From contig CBDCUI010000009.1 in NCBI GenBank assembly GCA_965222615.1, forward strand, positions 928,001 to 992,000: 64,000 nt of DNA, written 5' to 3'. The translations under genes and the position numbers were made by a program. Positions 62,931 to 64,000 of the stretch are shown piece after piece. This DNA comes from Gammaproteobacteria bacterium. Its GTDB lineage: Bacteria > Pseudomonadota > Gammaproteobacteria > UBA4575. Position 1 is the stretch's first letter. Each line of letters opens with the position of its first letter. Under the pieces are notes generated by a model. It was not told the origin of the DNA. It worked only from the letters and a program-made list of their open reading frames with translations, and did no database searches.

Positions 62931-63095
62931 AAATAATACAGCTACTATTAGAACCTATCTCAAAATGACTAAATATTCTTTAAGCGATATGTGCAAGATA
63001 AACAGGCAAAGCATATTTGCTTCGGGCCAGGTAGTCATAGCACAATCGCTACTCTATATGTCTTTAATAGCTACCAATCACTCTCAGGTCACTCT

Positions 63096-64000
63096 ATGAC
63101 ACATGTCCAAAGCCTCATTCATGCAAAATATATTGTTCCCATGGATGCAAAGGCACGAGTATTAGATGATCACTGCATTGCGATCCAAGATGGGCGTATT
63201 TTGGATATTCTGCCGCATTCGGATGCAACAAATAAATACACCTGCGATATAAATTATGACTATGGTCATCACATAATTATACCTGGCTTAATCAACACTC
63301 ATACCCATGCGGCAATGTCGCTATTTCGTGGTTTGGCAAATGACATGACGCTTATGGATTGGTTACAAAATCACATTTGGCCAGCCGAACAAAAGTGGGT
63401 AAAAGAAGATTTTGTAGAAATCGGATCACAGCTGGCGATAGCCGAAATGATTCGCAGTGGTGTAACTTGTTTCAACGATATGTATTTTTATGCCGAGAGC
63501 ACCGCAAAAGTTGCGGCCGATACAGGCATCCGCGCACGCATCGGCATGATTTTATTAGATTTTCCAACCCAATATGCCAACTCCCCTGATGAATACTTCG
63601 CTAAGGGCCTTGCCATACATGACACCTACAAATCACACCCCTTAGTGAATTGCGCCTTTGCACCCCATGCACCTTATACTGTTTCTGATACCCCACTAGA
63701 GCGTGTGGCCATGCTGTCTAATGAACTGGAATTACCTATACACATCCATTTGCATGAAACCGAAGACGAAATTAATACGAGTCTAGATCAATATAAGATG
63801 CGACCTATACAACGCTTGAATCAACTCGGTCTTATTAATAGCAACCTGGTTGCGGTTCATATGACTCAACTACAAGATGATGAAATAAATTTATTATCGA
63901 AAACTAAGTCGAACGTTGTACATTGTCCGCAGTCAAATTTAAAACTTGCCAGTGGTTTTTGCCCTGTACAGCAATTATATGAGCAAGGCATCAATATTGC
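63096..64000 (+). CDS. TRZ/ATZ-family amidohydrolase (MTA/SAH deaminase-like), 3' end off window
   Basis: Manual translation from ATG 63096: ...PGLINTHTHAAMSLFRG...WLQNHIWPAE...APHAPYTVSD...HIHLHET...VHCPQSNLKLASG. Confidence 0.9.
   Translation, partial: MTHVQSLIHAKYIVPMDAKARVLDDHCIAIQDGRILDILPHSDATNKYTCDINYDYGHHIIIPGLINTHTHAAMSLFRGLANDMTLMDWLQNHIWPAEQKWVKEDFVEIGSQLAIAEMIRSGVTCFNDMYFYAESTAKVAADTGIRARIGMILLDFPTQYANSPDEYFAKGLAIHDTYKSHPLVNCAFAPHAPYTVSDTPLERVAMLSNELELPIHIHLHETEDEINTSLDQYKMRPIQRLNQLGLINSNLVAVHMTQLQDDEINLLSKTKSNVVHCPQSNLKLASGFCPVQQLYEQGINI

Overview
AT-rich gammaproteobacterial chromosome segment; the lineage cannot be fixed from sequence alone. Conserved core blocks are lepB-DUF4845-rnc-era-recO-pdxJ-acpS-cysM, thrS-infC-rpmI-rplT-pheS-pheT-ihfA-merR-tRNA-Pro, tRNA-Val/uvrB/aminotransferase/tRNA-Asn, and mtnA-gyrA-serC...pheA-tyrA-aroA-cmk-rpsA-ihfB-lapA-lapB-pyrF-comEA-galU. 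Four accessory regions interrupt them. (1) Downstream of tRNA-Pro is a head-to-head pair: a 2173-aa secreted copper-radical (galactose-oxidase-type) oxidase fused to glycan-binding/Ig modules, a beta-propeller and a di-heme cytochrome c domain, facing a YtkA-like/di-heme peroxidase fusion. This is the best candidate for an undescribed system. (2) A tRNA-Val islet carries a stand-alone OLD-family ATPase-TOPRIM nuclease and a split att-like tRNA fragment, next to an intact IS3. (3) A tRNA-Asn islet carries an RRM protein, an IS110/IS1111 element with a probable bridge/seek RNA region, and an EEP nuclease. (4) A surface-polysaccharide cluster lies between serC and pheA. An unnamed hairpin+TTAATTTGCG repeat with covarying stems lies downstream of all three tRNAs in the same relative orientation. 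No CRISPR array, rRNA or integrase was seen.
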